Shown in pieces: positions 57,701 through 64,000 of a DNA stretch of 64,000 nucleotides. Below the pieces are notes generated by a model. It worked only from the letters and a program-made list of their open reading frames with translations. It did not search any database and was not told the DNA's origin. Where the stretch lies: NCBI GenBank assembly GCA_004431415.1, contig QPMI01000491.1, positions 1 to 64,000 of the forward strand, in the 5' to 3' direction. Position 1 is the stretch's first letter, and each line of letters starts with the position of its first letter. The stretch comes from Cyanophora paradoxa CCMP329. Taxonomy: Eukaryota; Plantae; Glaucophyta. The position numbers and the translations under genes were made by a program.

Positions 57701-60700
57701 CTCCACCACCGCCCGAGGTCTGCAGCGACCTCGCACGGCCCCGCACTGCCGCTCGGCTCGCCGCCGCCGCCTCGCCTGCTTGCGCAGGGCGGGCCGGCCT
57801 CTGGCTCGCCCGCGTCGCCCCCTGCTGGAGCTCAAGGCTCCTTCGCGGCCCCGAGGTCCGTCACGACCTCGCGCGGCCCCGCGCCGCCGCTCGACCCGCC
57901 GCCTCCGCCCGACCTGCTGGCGCAGGGCGGGCCGGCCCCTGGCTCGCCAGCCGCGCTCTCCTGCTGGAGCTCATGGCCCCATCACCGCCCCGGGGTCCGT
58001 CACGGCCTCGCGCGGCCCCGCGCTGCCGCCGCCTCGCCTGCTGGCGCAGGGTGGGCTGACCGCTGGCTCGCCCACGGTGCTGTCCCACGGGCGCTCCAGG
58101 CCCTGAGGCCCCGCGACTGCTCCCGCGGTCTTATGCGGCCCCACGCCTCCGCGCGGCGCGCTTCCGCCGCCTAACCTGCTTGCACAGGGCAGGACGGTGG
58201 TGGGCTCACTTTCGGTGCTCACCGGCTGGGATGGTTTTAGATTCCGCCGCGGCCCCGAGGTCCGTAACGGCCTCGCGCGACTTCACGCCGACGCGCAGTG
58301 CGACCGCCTTGCCCGCCCTCCACCCGTAGCGCGCCCCTGGCCCGCACCGCCCAGCATGACTTGTCGGCGGCGGGGATCTGGCGGCGCAACTATCAAGCGC
58401 CGCCCCGGTTCGTCGACTGTCCCATAGGGGTACGACGAGAACCCCCCAGCCTTCTGTGCCGGCTCGTTCCCTCGGGCTTCTTGGCCCGCCCCGGCCCCAT
58501 GTTGTTGTCCGAATTCACGCTCTCTGCCCGTCCCTCCTACAGCGCAGTGCGCTGGGGGATAGGGGCTCAGCGTCCGAGACACGTTGGGGTGGCGGGGGAG
58601 GAGGAAAGAGAGGGGGGGGGGGGCAGGAGGAGGGTGGATCAACCCTCGCCCTCTTGATCACTTTTGTCCTTATGTATGCTATTCTGGCTGGCTGTGACCT
58701 GACTCTTGTTTGGTAGGGGGTACTGCATTCGTGCTGCGTTCGCTACGCTCACCCCCGCGGCCTCCGGCGGCGGTACCCGGCTTCGGATCCCCGAACCCGG
58801 AAGAAACCGCGTACCCCTCCCCGGGGTACGCCGTTCACCCCAACCGGCCCCACAAGGCGCGGCCCGAGGCCGAACGCGTACCCCGGAGAGGGGTACGGCG
58901 TCAGAGCGGCCCCGATCAAGTGTACCCCCGAGCGGGGTACCCCGATCGGCCCGCGACGGCCCGAGCGGAGTACCCCGAGCGGGGTACACCGTCTCGACCC
59001 GCAACGGCCCTCCCGGGGTACAGGCGCCTAGCACGCTTACCCCGGAGAGTTCTTGTTCCGGAACTCGCAAGGGCGAGGCCGGAATGGCATACGGCGATCC
59101 GCCCTGGTCGATCGCCAACGTATTATGATACGTGGTTCCCGGGAAAGCAGCCTTGAGCTGCCGTACCTCAGGGCCCAACCCGATGCGCTATCCCGTGCAT
59201 CTAGCTAAGTAGTGTCAGGCGTAAGATAGCTAGGTCTTCTGCATTCGAATGAAGCGAGGCGTAAATCGGGATTTGCGCTCTCAATGCGTAAATCGAGTTT
59301 TGCGCCGACGGAATGCGAACAAAGAAGACCGTAGCCGAGCGCCAGGCACGAAAGAGCTGAGCGACTCGCTAGCCGCGGAAGCGGCGCGAGGCGAGCACGG
59401 GATTAGCAGCAGGCTGCTGCGAGCGCCCCGCAAGGGACTAGCTGAGCTAGCCGTTGGGCCGAGCCGGCGGGCTTGAAGCCGCCGAGCTCCGGGGGGTACG
59501 CTGATTCGGGGTTTCCCTTCACGCCCAGCTTCGCTCGCGGCCGCCCCAGGCCACGAAGCGACCAGCGGCGAAGCGAAATCGCTCCCGCCCACCTCCCCGC
59601 GATTTTTCCTTCCGGGGCGCCGAACCTCGCCACCCAGCGAGCCCCGGCGCCGCGAAAAGTTCGCGCAAAAAGGCAATGCATACGGCGACCAGCGCCAGCG
59701 TTCGCCGAGGGTATTATAATACGTGGTTCCTTGCCGTCTCCTGTGCACACGGTTCCGGATGTTACTCCCGCTCGGTGCCGGCCACCAGCGCGGACGTGGT
59801 CGTGCACAGCTGATCCGTGGTAATTTACAATGGTTCCGTCGAAGATTCGGGCACGAACCGCGCAGACTCGGTGTACCGGTCGTCATTCGTGTTTCCACGC
59901 GCGTCCGCTGGGCCCACTTGTGCCGGGCCGGGGTCCAGCGCGCCCCCAAGAAACAGTCGCGCGGCTTCGTGGAGAATCTCGAGTTTTCCCCGCTGGGTTT
60001 TACCCTGTTTTCCTCTGGACCCGTGGGTGCCGAGCCGGGGTCCAGCGCGCATGACCGTTACGCGGTTTTCCCGCGGTAACTTGCTGGTTTTCGAGTCTGC
60101 CGCCCCGGCGCGGGGGGAGACTTCGCGCATGATTCGGAGTCCTGTTGGTTTTTGATGAGCCTCGGTTGTCGTACGTTGTACGACTCCTTGGTCTCATGGT
60201 CGTCTGCGGACGACGGGCACGCTACGCGTGTGGTAGGGGGTACTGCATTCGTGCTGCGTTCGCTACGCTCACCCCCGCGGCCTCCGGCGGCGGTACCCGG
60301 CTTCGGATCCCCGAACCCGGAAGAAACCGCGTACCCCTCCCCGGGGTACGCCGTTCGCCCCAACCGGCCCCACAAGGCGCGGCCCGAGGCCGAACGCGTA
60401 CCCCGGAGAGGGGTACGGCGTCAGAGCGGCCCCGATCAAGTGTACCCCCGAGCGGGGTACCCCGATCGGCCCCGCGACGGCCCCGAGCGGAGTACCCCCG
60501 AGCGGGGTACACCGTCTCGACCCGCAACGGCCCTCCCCGGGGTACAGGCGCCTAGCACGCTTACCCCGGAGAGTTCTTGTTCCGGAACTCGCAAGGGCGA
60601 GGCCGGAATGGCATACGGCGATCCGCCCTGGTCGATCGCCAACGTATTATGATACGTGGTTCCCGGGAAAGCAGCCTTGAGCTGCCGTACCTCAGGGCCC

Positions 60701-63700
60701 AACCCGATGCGCTATCCCGTGCATCTAGCTAAGTAGTGTCAGGCGTAAGATAGCTAGGTCTTCTGCATTCGAATGAAGCGAGGCGTAAATGGGAGCCGCG
60801 ATCGGGCTTGGGAATGTCCATAGAGGATTGCTCCATCCGTTTCCGCCTAGGAAAATCTGATTCTTCATCAGTAGACGCAAACGTTCGTGGGGATTGCTGT
60901 TTCAGTTGTAATTATGCTCACATTTTTGTTCATACGGACGGCGAGAACGTTGATCTTATAAGGGGATCCTGGATTGAGGTCTTCGATCCGAACACTGAAC
61001 ATATTCTGCATTTCGCTTGTCCGGGACGACCCTGCAAGGAAGGTGCCTGGGTTTGTCGTGAAATTGCCCTCAATCTTTCGGCAGTGTCCGCGGTTCAGGG
61101 AGGTGTCCCAGACCAAGATGAGCTTCATGCCCTCGCAGACCGACGGATCCACGGTCATGTTGTTGGCGGTACGGGTGCCGTTAGCGGTTCGAGCGAGCGA
61201 GGCAACGGTCAGTTTGTTTGCTTGGCTGTAGACGGCATCGGTGACAAGGACTGGAGACCCGGGGATGTACTGGATCCACTGCTTGAGCACTTTCTTGAGG
61301 TCTTGGGGATCGAGAGCGCTGATAGTGGCCATGTAGCCCACGACGTCGACGTCGAGCATGGAGAATGCGGGGAAGAGCCAGCCGACCTCTAGGAAGTAGG
61401 AAGACCTGCTCAGGAACGTTTAACCGCCCGGGAGGGCGAACCCTAAATCAAAGCAGTTGCGACTCTGTGTCGACACGCACACGCGAAGGGCTTTGACCGA
61501 GAAGTAAGGCACCAGGCCCTTGAACGACTCTTCGGGCGGACTGAGGGCGTTGATCGTGCTGAAAGCGGTTTGAATCTTGCTAAGGGGGCTGGTCTGCTTC
61601 ATTTGTTCCACAGCATCGGCGACGCTGCCCGCTGTAGTCTTCAGAGAGCGGGCGCCAGTGTTGGAGCTTGCAGCGTTGACGATCCTCTCGTCGATCTCGA
61701 GCAGGTTCCGACGGACGACGAGGGCAGCGCCGTTGTAGCCAGAGGCCTCGTTCGTCGCGTTCGGAGGACACTTGGTCTGGACGACTGACGCGAAGTCAGA
61801 CGCGCCCCTCGGCACGGCGCATCACCGGGCAAATGGCGCACGAACGACCTTGACGAGCGGGTTCGGGAACGGCTCGCCAAAGATTTTCGTGTTCGCATCC
61901 CAGTATTGGCCAGCCTAAACAGAATCAAAAGGAGTAAGAGAAGAGGAGCCACGGCTGGGTTCGGCTACCAGTCGATATGAAAGGCTTAATCCCGCGGGCA
62001 ACTTGATCATCGTATCGAGAACCAGGTTAGCGCCAACGTATGGAACGACTGCGATTGCAAAACTCATGAGGACATTTTCCCGAATTCAATTAGCCACGCA
62101 CATGATAGCCAGAGCTGGAAGGCTCCCGGGCATCCGGCGGCACTTCCGACCTGACCGCCGCGAGCGGTTGTTTAAATTAGAGAAGCCTAATTATGTAAGC
62201 TTAAGGCCGTTGAGCCTGGCATGGGAACCGGTGAGTAGGTGGCGCCGATCTTGATGGGGAATTGCATTACAAAGTTGAGGAAAGAGACGCTGCGTGCATT
62301 GTAACATTGTTTGAGCAGTGGAGATATCAGTATGACGATATTGAGCTGGCGCCTCACCCCATAGCACCCATATCCAGGCCGATCTAAGCGGAGATTTCGT
62401 CAAACAGGCACAAGGATTTCGAAGGCATGCAAATGGGAAAACCTCGGGAATGAGAGAAATGTAGCCATCGATGACTGGAAAAGGAGCATCATGTACGGGT
62501 CGGACAAAAATGCATATTTAAGAGAGAATGCAGCTGCGCGTGTGCGCACAGACATCCGTCGGAGGATCCGGCTTTTTGGCCTCGAAGACAGGCTGCTTTT
62601 GATCCATCCATCCGAAGAGCGGGGCCAGCTGCTTTGCCTTGCCGTCGTAAGCTAAGCCGACCTCCACGCCAGCGTCCACGTTGACGCCGAACACAGGGTT
62701 CCAGTTCAGCGTGAGATCGATGCAGGCTATGATCGTGCCTTTCAACTGCGGCCGCAAGAGTCATGATCAGACTCACCAAAGTTTGAAAAATGGGCGTGGG
62801 CGCGAGATAGAAAAGTAAGGTGGGCGCAAGGACATGGCGCACGTAGGGCGTAAGGTTGACGAAGACGGGCCCGTAGACAAAGAATTGGATGGAGTGCTCA
62901 GCTTTTGGAAGGTCTTGGGAGACGCAGGCCTCAATCGTGACAGAAAGCTTGAGCTTAAACCAGAACTTGACTTTCAGGCCCGTGTAGTCTGACCGATTGT
63001 GAACGAACCAGAAAATGCGAGGCGTAGGGGGATATACGTACATGAGAATGAAATCCAGTTGAGCTTGTAGTCTTTTACCTTCAGCTCAAACTTGTATCCC
63101 TGCGGCCAAGAGATTCAGGTGGGAATCAAAAAGGGAAGCGGTGTGCGCCGCCAAAACGAACCGATCCGATCCAAACGTAGATCTTCGCAAGAAAAACAAT
63201 TGCAACTCTGTTAATTAGGAAAGTTTTGCAGAAAATTCAGATAAACTTTAAACCTCTTCTGGGTCAAGTTCCAGCACGCCCCACAAACCGCCGGAAACGC
63301 CCACTCCAGTCTTGTCTTTCTTCTTGTCCGACTTGCTTCCAATATCGCTTTTGCCAGTCTGTGCATGCGCACCTCAGAGCGCGCATTTAAATTTATTGCG
63401 TGTTCTGCGCGATTGGCGGTCGCACGGAAACTGAAAAATCTGTATCCGACGTTAGATCGAACGGCTATGGTTCACTAATGAAATTCACTAATGAAAAGGC
63501 TTCCATTAAGCTCACCGAGTTTGAAGACAGGGAGCTTCATAAACTGTCCAGATCGTGTTAGCATACGTGAGATCAAGAACCACAGACCTGGCGCGCGCCG
63601 CGCACCTGGCGCATGAAGAAATCATCTGCAAGTTTTTCGAAAAGGCGGCGTCGATGACTTAAAACGAATTCGAAGCACACTGGTAACGAACCGTAATTGA

Positions 63701-64000
63701 ATTTGCTGCAGACGCGGTATTAGAATTAGCTACATAGCAATTGCGAATTGCAGTGTCATTATAACTATCCAACCGAAAATGACTCACATTCTCGGTACTC
63801 TAGGGTAGGGAGGGAACGGAACCATTTCCGTGGGAATGCGGAACGTGATCGTGCATTCTCCGGCAAGGCTGCGATGCGCGGGCCGGGCCGGGGTTTGGAT
63901 TGATCTGATGTCGGAGGTGGGTAACCAGACGGAAAAGCTGACCACGAAATGGCCTCGACTGCGAGAGCTGCGTAGTCCAGAGCCTGGTTGGCCTGCGACG
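42750..64000 (-). CDS. Large multi-exon host surface protein: FN3-like, Cys-rich and PMP/pectin-lyase-like beta-helix repeats, C-terminal GPI-type signal. Interrupted by the 49650-60790 element; 5' end probably beyond the window.
   Basis: Repeated GGA(V/I/L) and FxxN motifs (44000-46020); IEDLNPGSPYKINVLA (~60950); terminal GSSG..HALLLLLVTLAATLLATFL* (stop 42750); many short GT-AG introns; reading frame rejoins across the insertion. Confidence 0.75.
50590..51850. repeat. Tandem array 1, ~290-330-bp unit, ~4 copies with CGCTGTGG subrepeats
   Basis: CAGGAGCACGG.TCTCGCGAGC at ~50746, 51074, 51370 and 51659. Confidence 0.85.
52500..58290. repeat. Tandem array 2, ~139-bp GC-rich satellite, ~40 copies, decaying at the right end
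   Basis: CCTGCTTGCGCAGGGCGGGCCGGCCGCTGGCTCGC recurs about every 138-148 bp. Unit length is mostly not a multiple of 3. Confidence 0.95.

Larger units (their letters stand above)
49650..60790. mobile_element. Non-autonomous split-direct-repeat element (A1...B1-A2-C-B2), Ngaro/PAT-like architecture
   Basis: A1 49650-49965 matches A2 59267-59582 (316 bp). B1 58711-59266 nearly matches B2 60231-60790. No RT or recombinase ORF seen. Confidence 0.88.

Noticed and set aside
52500-58290. CRISPR-like array, or the many R/A/P/G-rich ORFs over the satellite
   Set aside because: Whole units are homologous with no unique spacers and no cas genes. The ORFs are artefacts of stop-poor GC-rich repeats.
49650-59582. 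LTR retrotransposon with 316-bp LTRs
   Set aside because: No TG...CA ends, PBS or TSD. The extra B repeats and the empty-site reconstruction put the right end at 60790.
1-64000. tRNA or rRNA genes
   Set aside because: None recognisable by eye; a tRNAscan/Rfam run would be needed to exclude them.

Overview
Eukaryotic genomic DNA from a very GC-rich, intron-rich protist or alga (host not identifiable here), containing three large mobile elements. (1) 1-12671 is the AT-rich right part of an integrated Polinton/Maverick-type virus: A32-like packaging ATPase, PrimPol-D5/SF3 primase-helicase, RING protein, protein-primed PolB with an eroded proofreading domain, rve integrase, and a 2-kb non-coding end with several iteron-like cassettes. 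Its end abuts the middle of a host HECT E3-ligase exon. (2) ~20462-39137 (minus strand) is a giant ~18.7-kb non-LTR retrotransposon that probably encodes one ~5,900-aa polyprotein: multi-membrane-span N-terminus, 18x42-aa repeats, APE, RT, RNase H, CCHC finger. Its RNase H is split by a ~1,180-aa insert carrying two Ulp1/C48-like protease domains, one degenerate and one with an intact-looking His-Asn-Cys triad. This is the best candidate for an undescribed system. (3) 49650-60790 is an 11-kb non-coding, satellite-filled element with A1...B1-A2-C-B2 split direct repeats (Ngaro/PAT-like). It is inserted at a TCGGGA core inside an exon of a large beta-helix/FN3 surface-protein gene with a probable GPI signal. 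The frameshifts I could inspect sit in homopolymer runs and may be long-read errors. All domain calls come from motif reading by eye, not database searches.
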